From a virus, in IMG/VR virus record IMGVR_UViG_3300009788_000098, positions 1-64,000 of that record: a stretch of DNA of 64,000 nucleotides; one strand, given 5' to 3'. A program made the translations under genes and the position numbers. The notes beneath the pieces were generated by a model. That model was not told the DNA's origin. It was given only the letters and a program-made list of their open reading frames with translations, and made no database searches. The stretch's first letter is position 1; each line of letters starts with the position of its first letter. Below are positions 8,637 through 18,160 of this stretch, one piece after another.

Positions 8637-8720
8637 CAACCAAACTACAATACATAAATACCCCCCAAGACAGGAAACTGTCTGCGTGCCGCCTGCTCAT
8701 TGTAGTGGGCGGTTGCGTGT
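8623..8720 (+). ncRNA. promoter plus small structured RNA (C-rich family member A)
   Basis: TTGACA-17-TACAAT, then ATAAATACCCCCC, AGACAG-GAAA-CTGTCT, GCCGCCTGCT-loop-AGTGGGCGGT. Confidence 0.6.
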
Positions 8721-8780
8721 ACTGAATAGCTGGCAGAGAGAAAGGGGCTGCTATAATCAGTCTTGCTACCTTGTCTGTTG

Positions 8781-10379
8781 TCACGTAATGTACCCCTGAC
8801 CTGCGAGCCAGACGCGCGCACGACCTTTCATGCACAACTTTGGCCCAACGAGAGCCTGCAAAACCGCGTCAGCTACATCAGTGGAACGTTTCAAGCGCTT
8901 GCGAATATCTTTCTTGCTCTCGACCTTGATAACCGCGTTACTCAGCACATCAAATTTGGGCGTAGTTAGTTCCCTCAATAATCTAGTATCTCGCGGTATC
9001 ATTACTTCTGTACCACCATTGGGATCAAACATCTCCCGACCAAGCCACCACATCGCGGCACGTTTATTTTGGAACTTGAACTCCTTGGTTTTGTCTTTGA
9101 GCGCAGTCTTTTCGGCAGCGTTGAAAGGAAGTGCTTTATCAGTATACCCTTGCTCTCTTAGTCTATCCAATACCCCTACGCCAATTCCAATTACGTCTAT
9201 AAAAGTGGGGGCGTGAAATGCGTCAATTATGCCTTTCAACCTTCCGGCAATTTCCATTGTTGCTGTCCCACTTCCCCCAGCTCCAAAAGACCTCGTTTCA
9301 AAAACCCTTGTATCGTCGTGACAAATTGCAATAACAGTATTGTCGCCACCCTCGCCGCCTAAGCCAATGTCGCACCCTACAGAAGTAACAGTTCCTCTGG
9401 GCGCACCATCGGCAATATCTCTTTGCCATTCATCCCACCTTGTCATGGCTTGCTCAACCCACTCCATCGGGATCAGAGTGTTAACATCAGCCTCTTTGAA
9501 CTCTCCGAGAACATGGTTGTGATATTGCTGACTGTCCTCTCCCCACTGCTTGCGTCTTTGTTCAGCCCACTCTTCAGTCATTCGACCTGATTTGATAGCA
9601 TCCTCACGCGTGATGTGAATTGTATGCCAGTCTTCGTATCCCAGTCTTCCCCGATGAATGTCAAAGAACCTTCCTGCTGGCTCTCCTGGCGTGCTGATTG
9701 CTAAGACTTTTGCAAATTGTTCGCCGCCACGACCTGACCCTGCAAAAGTCCCCTCAAATGAATCCCACACTTCAGTCGGGATGATTTTAGCTTCGTCAAA
9801 GACAAAAAACAGGTTATCACTATGCGCCCCCTCAAGTTTGGCAGGATCATCTGAACTAACCGCTAATGCCATTCCAGTACTCAATCGCAAACGCAACTTC
9901 TGCAATTCGTAACGATTGTCAAATGGCTCACGTCCAATTATGTCCCACCTTAACAAACGTGACCATTTGTGCAATTCCGGCCAGAGGTAATCCTCAAGCT
10001 GCGACCACGTAGACGCTGTGGTTAATGCTTTCCAGTCATTACCATCATTGGTAAGCGCAAAAGCCAAGACACACCACGCTGCGAGTGCGGTCTTGCCTAA
10101 AGTTCTTGGCCCACGTATAGCTTGGCGCTTATGGTCTGTCCAGTTCCCTAATATGTCTTCCTGATAAAAAGCTGGCCCATCGCCACCCGCTCTTTCCCAA
10201 TCTATGCAATCATGGACAAAAGCGACCCAATCATCTCGGTATGTGTTTTGGAACTGGCTATACTTGGCTCGTTCAATTTGGGCAACACCGCCAACCTTCT
10301 CAACTAGCTCTTTAGCTTTGCTTTCCTGAAGGGAGTGCCACTCCTGCTCGCTTAAAAAGTCCTTCAACGTCTTCTTCAT
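8781..10379 (-). CDS. terL: terminase large subunit
   Basis: Walker A GPRTLGKT, Walker B VFDEA, ISTP coupling motif, nuclease GCDIG...D, RSTDVADA. Confidence 0.93.
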   Translation of the reverse strand: MKKTLKDFLSEQEWHSLQESKAKELVEKVGGVAQIERAKYSQFQNTYRDDWVAFVHDCIDWERAGGDGPAFYQEDILGNWTDHKRQAIRGPRTLGKTALAAWCVLAFALTNDGNDWKALTTASTWSQLEDYLWPELHKWSRLLRWDIIGREPFDNRYELQKLRLRLSTGMALAVSSDDPAKLEGAHSDNLFFVFDEAKIIPTEVWDSFEGTFAGSGRGGEQFAKVLAISTPGEPAGRFFDIHRGRLGYEDWHTIHITREDAIKSGRMTEEWAEQRRKQWGEDSQQYHNHVLGEFKEADVNTLIPMEWVEQAMTRWDEWQRDIADGAPRGTVTSVGCDIGLGGEGGDNTVIAICHDDTRVFETRSFGAGGSGTATMEIAGRLKGIIDAFHAPTFIDVIGIGVGVLDRLREQGYTDKALPFNAAEKTALKDKTKEFKFQNKRAAMWWLGREMFDPNGGTEVMIPRDTRLLRELTTPKFDVLSNAVIKVESKKDIRKRLKRSTDVADAVLQALVGPKLCMKGRARVWLAGQGYIT

Positions 10380-10929
10380 TGAACTCTCCTTCTATCATCT
10401 CTTGCCCCTCGCGGTCACCCAGTGTCCCATCTCTAATAAGTTCAACAATTTTGCTACGGTAGTCGTCCACCTCAATGCGTGTTTTCCTGCCGAACTCACC
10501 GGGGTATTGTCGTTCTAGTAACCAGGCGTTTGCTTGCCACTGTTTTAGTCCAGCGTTCCTGATTTGTTCTAGCAGTAGCAGTTTGCGTAGAGGGCGTGCA
10601 CGCTCACTTTTGAGGAACAGGTCAAGGTACACTTTCTCATTTTCTAATACCTCTGCCATTTCCCCCGTATCCATCTCAAGTTTTGTTATGCGCTGGAACT
10701 CGTTATGCCCCCGCCGTCTCCATGAGCTGAGAGTGCCTGGCGAGATTTCCATTGCTCTAGCAGCATCGGCGTTGCTCAACCCAGCCCCTATAGCTTCGAT
10801 AATTGCCTTTACCATGTCGGGCGAGCATTTGCCTCGTCTACCGTAGAATGGGTCATATACCATGAGATCAGCAAACTTCTCATAGTAGTACTGTTGGTTT
10901 TCGTCACCATCGCTCATTCCATTATCCAT
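10312..10929 (-). CDS. terS: terminase small subunit
   Basis: HTH (AARAMEISPGTLSSW), WQANAWLLERQYP motif, directly upstream of terL. Confidence 0.8.
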   Translation of the reverse strand: MDNGMSDGDENQQYYYEKFADLMVYDPFYGRRGKCSPDMVKAIIEAIGAGLSNADAARAMEISPGTLSSWRRRGHNEFQRITKLEMDTGEMAEVLENEKVYLDLFLKSERARPLRKLLLLEQIRNAGLKQWQANAWLLERQYPGEFGRKTRIEVDDYRSKIVELIRDGTLGDREGQEMIEGEFNEEDVEGLFKRAGVALPSGKQS

Positions 10930-11023
10930 GACTTATCCTTGTTATAATCGTCAAAATGTGTTAGTATGATAATTGTAACACGGACGGTAAGAACTAACAA
11001 GAATGGAAATCTGAGGAGGAACG

Positions 11024-11881
11024 ATGCGAAAACTAGCTGTATTGGTATCAGACATGCACAGTGGGCATAAGTTAGGGCTTTGTAACCCTGATGCCAAAAT
11101 ACTGAACACTGCCGAGAACCCACCGAAAGAGCAAGGGGTGTGTCTTGTAGAATGGCAGGAGTACCTGTGGGATGTTGTTTACTCACCAGCAATAGAGAAA
11201 GTGGTGAAATTGGCAGGGAAAGATGAGATCATTGTGAACATCTTGGGGGATATAGTGCAGGGAAGTAAGTTTCCGAACCACCTTGTTGCGTTTGAGGAGA
11301 GCAACCATTGTAAGATTGCATACTATAACCTGCTGCCCTGGTTGAGTATTCCTAATGTACACACGATGCGCCTGACAACGGGAACGCCCACCCATGAGGG
11401 GGAGAACTTGAGTGCCGCGGTAACAGTTGCAGATGTGATACGCAATGAACGTGAGATTGACATAAAGGTAGCCCATCACTTTGAGTTGAACATTGACAAC
11501 TTTTTGCTTGATATTGCACATCACGGGGCGCACCCTGGTATTCGGCTACATACAAGAGGCAATATGTTGAGATATGAGATGGGGTCGGCGATTAGCGAGT
11601 ATATTGAGAATGGCGAAGTGCCGCCTGATTGTGTTGCGCGGGGTCATTTCCATATGCCCGTTGAGGAAACTATTACGCGGTTTCGCAACGACGAGATGAA
11701 GAAGTTTACCTATCTGTTGGTTCCATCGTTGACAGGGATGGTTCCCCATGCACGCAAAGTGACGAAATCAATTTCTAAGGTGACTAATGGTATTTGTGCG
11801 TTAGAGATCATTGATGGGAAGTTGGTCAATGTACATTGGTTCACGAAAACTATTGATACGCGGTACAAGGAGAAGGTATGA
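11024..11881 (+). CDS. metallophosphoesterase / Mre11-like nuclease
   Basis: SDMHSG, LGDIVQG, GTPTH, AHH, RGHFH motifs. Confidence 0.8.
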   Translation: MRKLAVLVSDMHSGHKLGLCNPDAKILNTAENPPKEQGVCLVEWQEYLWDVVYSPAIEKVVKLAGKDEIIVNILGDIVQGSKFPNHLVAFEESNHCKIAYYNLLPWLSIPNVHTMRLTTGTPTHEGENLSAAVTVADVIRNEREIDIKVAHHFELNIDNFLLDIAHHGAHPGIRLHTRGNMLRYEMGSAISEYIENGEVPPDCVARGHFHMPVEETITRFRNDEMKKFTYLLVPSLTGMVPHARKVTKSISKVTNGICALEIIDGKLVNVHWFTKTIDTRYKEKV

Positions 11882-12405
11882 CCTGCATTGTTGGAATTCA
11901 AAATGACAAAGGTTGTTGGATCGGAACAGATTCGTTTTCTGGAAGTGCTGATAGCAAAGGAATAATGAAAGAAGGGAAATTTGTTAGATGTGGAAAGTTT
12001 ACAATCGGATATACCACATCTTTCAGGATGGCGCAAATCATTGATAACTTGAACAAGAAACCAAAAACAATATATGAATTTTGTGAAGTTATACGTGACG
12101 CTCTCAAAGAAAAGGGATTTTCTGAAATAGATAACAATAAAGAGATTGGTGGCACAATGATTGTTAGTGACGGTATAGAAATGTGGCACGTTGGAAGTGA
12201 TTTTGCGTATACACAGGACAGTCGCAACTTATACGCTATTGGTTCTGGCTACGCCTATGCTCTTGGGGCTATGTTTGTTACTCGCAATGAATATCCTAAA
12301 CAGAGTGAAGATTGGATGTTGAGAGCAGGTCTTCAAGTTGCATCAGAGTGTATTCCAACAGTTATTTCCCCGTTTCATATCAGGAAAATTGAGGAGAAGG
12401 TGTAA
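11878..12405 (+). CDS. HslV/proteasome-like Ntn-hydrolase (Thr protease)
   Basis: N-terminal MTCIVG...IGTDS; AIGSGYAYALGAM. Confidence 0.75.
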   Translation: MTCIVGIQNDKGCWIGTDSFSGSADSKGIMKEGKFVRCGKFTIGYTTSFRMAQIIDNLNKKPKTIYEFCEVIRDALKEKGFSEIDNNKEIGGTMIVSDGIEMWHVGSDFAYTQDSRNLYAIGSGYAYALGAMFVTRNEYPKQSEDWMLRAGLQVASECIPTVISPFHIRKIEEKV

Positions 12406-12647
12406 TGGAAACAGACAAGCTGCTTGACCTGCTCAAGTACCAAGTGCCACCAACGCGCCCGCCCGGTATTGGCGTAACGGCAATTGAGTTCGCGGAAGTG
12501 CAGGGATGCGTTCCTAACACTGCCCGCCGCTTACTTATGAAAACCGATCTTGTTGGCGTAACGATGTTAGTTGACACGAAACATACCAAAGTATTCTTGC
12601 CAGCAGAAGATGTAGAGGCTAATGAACATTACAAAGCGTGGATATAA
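12405..12647 (+). CDS. small HTH-like protein
   Basis: TAIEFAEVQGCVPNTARRLL resembles an HTH. Confidence 0.5.
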   Translation: METDKLLDLLKYQVPPTRPPGIGVTAIEFAEVQGCVPNTARRLLMKTDLVGVTMLVDTKHTKVFLPAEDVEANEHYKAWI

Positions 12648-12656
12648 GGTTTACCC

Positions 12657-12685
12657 TTGACATTAGGTTTAGTTTGTGCTAATAT
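12657..12685 (+). promoter_or_regulatory. promoter of the recombination/replication operon
   Basis: TTGACA-17-TAATAT with TG. Confidence 0.65.
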
Positions 12686-12737
12686 ATAGATGTAAATGAC
12701 TTTTATCAATTATTGAATTCAAAAAGGAGAAAGTATA

Positions 12738-13541
12738 ATGGCAGATTTTTTAGATAACTGGACGGAGTGGGCAGATCAAGATGCAAGTGCAGCAGACAAG
12801 CGTGGAGTAAAGGTCAATTTTGGACAACTCACTATCAAGCCTTTTCGCTTTACCCACTGGCAAGATGACGGGAGTGGCAATCGAACACCTATTGAGGTTA
12901 AGCCAGAACAGTATGGCAACCTTCCTACAGGCAGTCGCAGTATGGACTTAGAATTCAGCATTAACGTGAAGGAATTCAATCCCTCATGGGAAAATCCATA
13001 TGAGCGCAGGTGCAGGATAGGCAGTAAAGATTGGTATGCCACGATCAGACCAAGTATTGAGGCTATACTTGGCAAAGGCTCAATGGCAGAAGGCAAGTAT
13101 AGCGGAACACTTGCTGACCTCAACGGGAAGTATGTTGAGACCAATGATGTGCCACAGAAAGAGAAAGACGGCACGGATAGCACTGAGTGGAACATGATAA
13201 AGCTAATAACGGTGTTCTCCAGTCGTAGCGAGTGCTTTGCCGCATGGCAGGAGCGTTTTGGTGGCAATGGTGAAGAGGCACCTACCGCTTCTGGTTTGGA
13301 CATGCCTGATATTTACGATGAGGCTTCATGGCGTGGTGCTCTTGTTGACATCAAGAAGGCACTAAATACTGGACAAACAGTTCAAGAAGTAGCTAAAGAT
13401 TATAGTGCCAGCAACAGACAAGTCTTGCAAGCGCTTACAGGCGAGATTAAGAAAGAACTTGATGCTGGCGTAACGGGCGTTGCTCTTGCACAACGTTATG
13501 ATGTTCACGTTTCTGACATCATGGCTATCAAGAGCGCGTAA
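12738..13541 (+). CDS. hypothetical protein, possibly ssDNA-binding, with C-terminal HTH-like repeats
   Basis: Own promoter and strong RBS; beta-rich N-domain, acidic linker; position before ERCC4/Sak4-like genes. Confidence 0.5.
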   Translation: MADFLDNWTEWADQDASAADKRGVKVNFGQLTIKPFRFTHWQDDGSGNRTPIEVKPEQYGNLPTGSRSMDLEFSINVKEFNPSWENPYERRCRIGSKDWYATIRPSIEAILGKGSMAEGKYSGTLADLNGKYVETNDVPQKEKDGTDSTEWNMIKLITVFSSRSECFAAWQERFGGNGEEAPTASGLDMPDIYDEASWRGALVDIKKALNTGQTVQEVAKDYSASNRQVLQALTGEIKKELDAGVTGVALAQRYDVHVSDIMAIKSA

Positions 13542-13594
13542 ACTCCTCCCTATAAAGGGCTACCTCAGAGATGGGGTAGCCCAAAGGAATCATT

Positions 13595-13798
13595 ATGATG
13601 AATGAAGAAAATGTTAGAATATTATGTGCCCTTTTTGTTTCTATCATTATAGGTCTTGTTATGCTAATAGCAATTACTCTTGTGCAGACCTTTGAAGGTA
13701 GTCTAGCAATGTATGTGGCTGGTGTCTTAACATGGCTAACATCATATGGCAGTTTGACATGGTATAAAAACTTTTTACAGAGGAAGCCACATGAGTGA
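13595..13798 (+). CDS. small membrane protein (2 TM)
   Basis: Two hydrophobic stretches. Confidence 0.6.
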   Translation: MMNEENVRILCALFVSIIIGLVMLIAITLVQTFEGSLAMYVAGVLTWLTSYGSLTWYKNFLQRKPHE

Positions 13799-13927
13799 AT
13801 TCTGGAAGTTTCTGAACAGAGTAATGAACCTGGTTGAGGGAATGATATCTCATCCAATTATGGTTCTGCTTCTCGTAGGGCCGACATGCTGGGTGACGCT
13901 TTGGATTGCGGTACAGGTGGCAAGCAA

Positions 13928-14248
13928 ATGATAAACGAAAAGTTACAAAAGAAGGTTGAATATATTATTGCAGGGATGGAAGACCATTCTTTCATTGAGA
14001 TTTTGGACGAACTTCTTGATGTCAAAGATGACGATGGCAAGCGAATTTTCTCAGTTGAGATTCGCACATTTTACAACACTGGAACTAGAAATCGTTATAT
14101 TGCAAAAGTTCGCAGACTTTATCCGTGTAATTGCGCAATAGAGACAGAATATCGCGGCACAGACTTGCCATTTGCTCTTTGGAGGGCTGTGACTGCAAAT
14201 ATTAACTTAATGGCCGCACAGAAGAATCATTTGAAGGAAAAGAAGTGA
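13928..14248 (+). CDS. hypothetical protein
   Basis: ATGA-coupled to an upstream 46-aa ORF at 13791-13931. Confidence 0.6.
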   Translation: MINEKLQKKVEYIIAGMEDHSFIEILDELLDVKDDDGKRIFSVEIRTFYNTGTRNRYIAKVRRLYPCNCAIETEYRGTDLPFALWRAVTANINLMAAQKNHLKEKK

Positions 14249-15078
14249 TATTCCTAGACGCATCTGAGACACGTACCAATACCACCATGCCCGACATTGA
14301 GGGTGTTGTCTCTATTCCCGACCTTGAAGCTCTTACAGGTGCAGACATGATGCTATCGTTGATGAAAGCACCTGCAATTACAGAGGTGCTGATAAAACGA
14401 CACGTTGCGAACGGTGCAATATTAGTACAACGTAAGCACGGACGAGACCTATCCTCAAGTGTCGGCGAGCGCATGAACAAAAGCCTTGCAAAGATGATTG
14501 AGGTTGGAACTAGATGTCCCTATCAGCGTGTCCTATTACATGTCGGTATAATGACTTGTAGTTCGGGCGATAAAGCGGTTATCAATAAGCAGCAGTCTCG
14601 CAAGCAATGGGTCTCGGTTCAAAGTGCAATTTCTAAGTGGCGTGGGCGCGGGGGAACATTCGAGTACATATCTCGTGCAACGTTATTGGAAAGATGGTGC
14701 AATATACAGCTACGTCAAATGCAAGAGTTCAAAGACAAACCGGTCAAGAAGTTCATGGCTGCTAAACCACTTGTGCAAGAGTTGGATGACTTCTTACAAG
14801 TGTTAGTGCCGGTGAACGATGGGCGAGTGCTACTTGCTTGTCTGCCTGGTATTGGGGCTAAGATGACATCTGTGTTACACAATGAGTTTGAACACGTGTA
14901 CGAGGCTCTGTGCTGGTTGACTGAGCCGACTAATGCAACCACTGGTAAGCGGATCAAGGGTGTGGGCGTAAAGACTATTGAGAATGTGCGTGGGTATCTT
15001 GAGCTGGATGATCCATTCCGGTTGAGTGTTGAGCCATCGCCGTTCTTGCTGGAACAATGGGAGAATAGAAATGAGTAA
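14245..15078 (+). CDS. ERCC4/XPF-type nuclease with HhH motifs (resolvase-like)
   Basis: IFLDASE, GADMM, VQRKHGRDLSSS; LPGIGAK and IKGVGVK HhH motifs. Confidence 0.75.
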   Translation: MIFLDASETRTNTTMPDIEGVVSIPDLEALTGADMMLSLMKAPAITEVLIKRHVANGAILVQRKHGRDLSSSVGERMNKSLAKMIEVGTRCPYQRVLLHVGIMTCSSGDKAVINKQQSRKQWVSVQSAISKWRGRGGTFEYISRATLLERWCNIQLRQMQEFKDKPVKKFMAAKPLVQELDDFLQVLVPVNDGRVLLACLPGIGAKMTSVLHNEFEHVYEALCWLTEPTNATTGKRIKGVGVKTIENVRGYLELDDPFRLSVEPSPFLLEQWENRNE

Positions 15079-15856
15079 AAGAGTAGAACTTGATAATGGG
15101 AAAATAGCATTACAACAAACAGGAACAAATAACGTTGATCTTGATGAGTATTTATATTATAAAATCAGATTACCACAGCTTCCTATTCGCGAAGAAGCCA
15201 TGAACAAAATAGACTTTGAGCAACTAGACAAGACAATAATGACAGATGATTTCTTCGTGGACGGCATAGAAGTACATGAACTCAAGGACTATAAGGCTTA
15301 TTTCAATCCAATTCCTGAAGAAATAGAGCCGAGTAAGTTCAAAATAGAAATAGTTGACTTGGGATCAGACTCAAGTTGCTCTTCCATGAGCAGGATATTA
15401 CGAAGCAATCTTTCTGTTGCTGATAAAGTTTGGTTAAATCTTGATTTTGAAGGTGCTATACGGTTTGCGCTGGAGAGACAATTGCGAAAATGGATAACGA
15501 AACATAGTGTCACTGATTTCTGGTGGTGTACACTTCCCGCACCCATTATCAATAAACCAACTTGTGGTTGTAGTGCTGAGTGTATTATGCAAAAAATCAT
15601 TAGGGTAAAAGAAACAAATACTTTCTTTACCTTTGCTCTGTATGGTAGTCATACTAGAAAAGAAAGAACATTAGTTAACTTTTGTTTCCAATTAGATATG
15701 CGTGTGTGTTTAGCAATCTATAAACAGGGAACAAAAACGCTTTATCAGGGAGACAAACTGTTTAAAAAGCGAACTGAATGTATTTGTTGCAAGTCTAAAA
15801 ATATTACAGAAGTCCATCGTCATCAGTGCATTGAATGTAAGGCAGAGTGGCTATGA
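15071..15856 (+). CDS. hypothetical protein with C-terminal Zn ribbon
   Basis: CICC...CIEC; AT-richer than neighbours. Confidence 0.55.
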   Translation: MSKRVELDNGKIALQQTGTNNVDLDEYLYYKIRLPQLPIREEAMNKIDFEQLDKTIMTDDFFVDGIEVHELKDYKAYFNPIPEEIEPSKFKIEIVDLGSDSSCSSMSRILRSNLSVADKVWLNLDFEGAIRFALERQLRKWITKHSVTDFWWCTLPAPIINKPTCGCSAECIMQKIIRVKETNTFFTFALYGSHTRKERTLVNFCFQLDMRVCLAIYKQGTKTLYQGDKLFKKRTECICCKSKNITEVHRHQCIECKAEWL

Positions 15857-16125
15857 ACTGGATAACCCAAAGCGGTAGTGCAATTAAGATAACCGATATT
15901 TCAGATGGGGAACTGAGTGCAATTATACTTCTATTAGAAAACAAGATGAACAGGTTGCAGACTGCGATGAACCCAGATGTGTATGCTATCTCGAAGGGAT
16001 GCAATGGACACCTGGTTTTGTGTGACTTGCGTTCTCGGAATGTCAGTATGGTCAGCAAGGTTGTGGAACGACACAATGGTTGGTTGCGGACTATGTTACA
16101 AGAGAAGCAGAGGAGAGACGCATGA
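15847..16125 (+). CDS. hypothetical protein
   Basis: ORF track; operon packing. Confidence 0.6.
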   Translation: MAMNWITQSGSAIKITDISDGELSAIILLLENKMNRLQTAMNPDVYAISKGCNGHLVLCDLRSRNVSMVSKVVERHNGWLRTMLQEKQRRDA

Positions 16126-16283
16126 AGGTACGCACATTCATCAAGTTGCTGAAAGAGAACTTTCATGCACGTCTGCAACAGAAAACAGGCTGGGGCAAGA
16201 ACGAAGTCTGGGAAGAATTCCTAGCTGCAATTGCAGTAGCGTTGGTGGACATGATAGATAGCGGTGAGGAAGATGCTGATTGA
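16122..16283 (+). CDS. hypothetical protein
   Basis: AGGAG RBS; ATGA overlap. Confidence 0.6.
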   Translation: MKVRTFIKLLKENFHARLQQKTGWGKNEVWEEFLAAIAVALVDMIDSGEEDAD

Positions 16284-16515
16284 CGATGAAACAAGACAAG
16301 CCATTCTGGATAATGATGAGACAGATCGACAGATGCTTGGGAATTTTATAGAAGGTCTGTGCAACATGAAAACCATGGCTATTATACTAGGAAGAGCGGT
16401 ACAAATATTGTCAATGCGTATGCTTATCATAGACCCTGAATTTGCTACTGCAATAACAGCAGAAGTGAATAAGGCTTTCAAAGAATATGGAATAACGGAA
16501 GGAGAAAGAGGATGA
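16273..16515 (+). CDS. hypothetical protein
   Basis: Operon packing. Confidence 0.6.
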   Translation: MLIDDETRQAILDNDETDRQMLGNFIEGLCNMKTMAIILGRAVQILSMRMLIIDPEFATAITAEVNKAFKEYGITEGERG

Positions 16516-17618
16516 ATACTATATTGCCACCCGAATTTACTGGAGTAATGTTTATATCTGGTTACAGCGGAAGTGGAAAGTCGTTTCTGGCATCTCAAGC
16601 TGACCTACCTGACAACATAATCTACCTTGATTTCGAAGATAAAGGCAAGGGCATTGATACACAACTGCGCTTTGGTTCTTACAAAGCGTTGGTTCAGGAT
16701 GCTGATGGTGATCCACAGACATTGCATAACCTATTTATCAATACCATTGAGGGGATACCACAGGACAGGTATACAGTTATGGTATTGGACAATTCAGCCC
16801 CGCTAGAGATTGCTATGCGCGTAGAAGGGGGGCGTGATGCAGATTTCTATGCTAAACGTTATGGGCTGAACGCTAAGAATATCAAGACAGGTGCTTTTGG
16901 TGGAGCGAAGGCAGTAGTCAATCCTATGATTGATGAACTATGTAGTCGCATATATGCCAGAGGGGTAAATCTCATTGTAGTTATTACTCATATCTCGGCT
17001 AAATGGGGTGTTGGCGGCAAGATACCTAACAAATACAACCCCAAAGGAGCTGCGCGGTGGGGCAATCTGAGTATTTGTACACTACTGCTTATCCCCGGTG
17101 ACAAACCGCCTGTGCCTGATGCAATTGTCTGGAAAGAACAATTAGGTACTATCTCAATTAGCGATAATCTGTCACCAGAGCAGTTAAGTTCCATGATGCG
17201 TGGCGAGAGTGGGCACACAGTTAGCCGACGGTTGCCAGCACGTATCCCGCAATGCACAATGCAGAAGATACGCTGGTATCTCACTCATCCTGTAGATTGG
17301 GACAATCCTAACGACGATGAGAAAATGCGTGAAGAAGAGATGGCTCCGTTCGATGATAAGCTGAGCAAGGAACAGTTGGGATATATTCTGATGGCAGCTA
17401 AGATAGAGGAACAGAAGAAACGAGAAGAGGAAGAGCTGTTGAATATGCTAGAACAGAATGACCAATTGGAAAAAGCCAATGGGTTGGTGAAACATCTGGA
17501 AGACTACGATGGCATATTAGCTCCTGTGCCGGTGAAGAAGTTTCTGGCAAGTAAGGGGGCTGAAGTTGAGTTGCCAGTTGCAGTGAAGGTTATTAGACAA
17601 TGGAAGGAGCAAAATTGA
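16512..17618 (+). CDS. P-loop ATPase, Sak4/AAA_24-like recombinase
   Basis: SGYSGSGKS Walker A, YLDFED, VLDNS, VVITH. Confidence 0.7.
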   Translation: MNTILPPEFTGVMFISGYSGSGKSFLASQADLPDNIIYLDFEDKGKGIDTQLRFGSYKALVQDADGDPQTLHNLFINTIEGIPQDRYTVMVLDNSAPLEIAMRVEGGRDADFYAKRYGLNAKNIKTGAFGGAKAVVNPMIDELCSRIYARGVNLIVVITHISAKWGVGGKIPNKYNPKGAARWGNLSICTLLLIPGDKPPVPDAIVWKEQLGTISISDNLSPEQLSSMMRGESGHTVSRRLPARIPQCTMQKIRWYLTHPVDWDNPNDDEKMREEEMAPFDDKLSKEQLGYILMAAKIEEQKKREEEELLNMLEQNDQLEKANGLVKHLEDYDGILAPVPVKKFLASKGAEVELPVAVKVIRQWKEQN

Positions 17619-17881
17619 TGGAACCGTTAAGCACACGAATGGAAGTACGCATCAAAAGAGTTATTGATCTCACCTACGATGCTGGTTATTATTCTGGCAG
17701 AGGATATGAGCTTTCTGATGATCTTAAAAAGAGAGCAATATCGGCAGACACTATCAAGGATCGCAACCTCGCAATCTCAATCCTGAAAGATGCGATTAGA
17801 GAACTTGAGAGTAGCAGTACGACTAATGTCAACATTAAAGCTGATGATGTTTCAGGAACTGTCATCGGTGTAAAGATATAA
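17618..17881 (+). CDS. hypothetical protein
   Basis: Coupled start; AAGGAG RBS. Confidence 0.6.
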   Translation: MEPLSTRMEVRIKRVIDLTYDAGYYSGRGYELSDDLKKRAISADTIKDRNLAISILKDAIRELESSSTTNVNIKADDVSGTVIGVKI

Positions 17882-17893
17882 AAGGAGAGTAAC

Positions 17894-18160
17894 ATGGAAA
17901 AAGATAGTGGATTCTTGGAAGTAACAGCAATTAGAGAGTACACCCCTGAAGGAGAACCTGTCCACAAAGGACGCGTGAATGAAGAGACTGGCGAAGAGGC
18001 AGAGATGTATGCCAGTGGTAAGCGACTGATGCTCATTGATATAGTTTTCATTCAGGAAATAAAGAAGAGTGATGAAGATTTCACTCGTATTGAAATGAAA
18101 AGTGGTGTAACGTTTCACGTTGAGGAACGCTACGAGAAATTGAAAGAGGTGATAGCATGA
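17894..18160 (+). CDS. hypothetical protein
   Basis: AAAGGAG RBS. Confidence 0.7.
   Translation: MEKDSGFLEVTAIREYTPEGEPVHKGRVNEETGEEAEMYASGKRLMLIDIVFIQEIKKSDEDFTRIEMKSGVTFHVEERYEKLKEVIA

Noticed and set aside
13557-13582. Intrinsic terminator GGGCTACCTC/GGGGTAGCCC
   Set aside because: Strong hairpin but no U-tract on the sense strand; function uncertain
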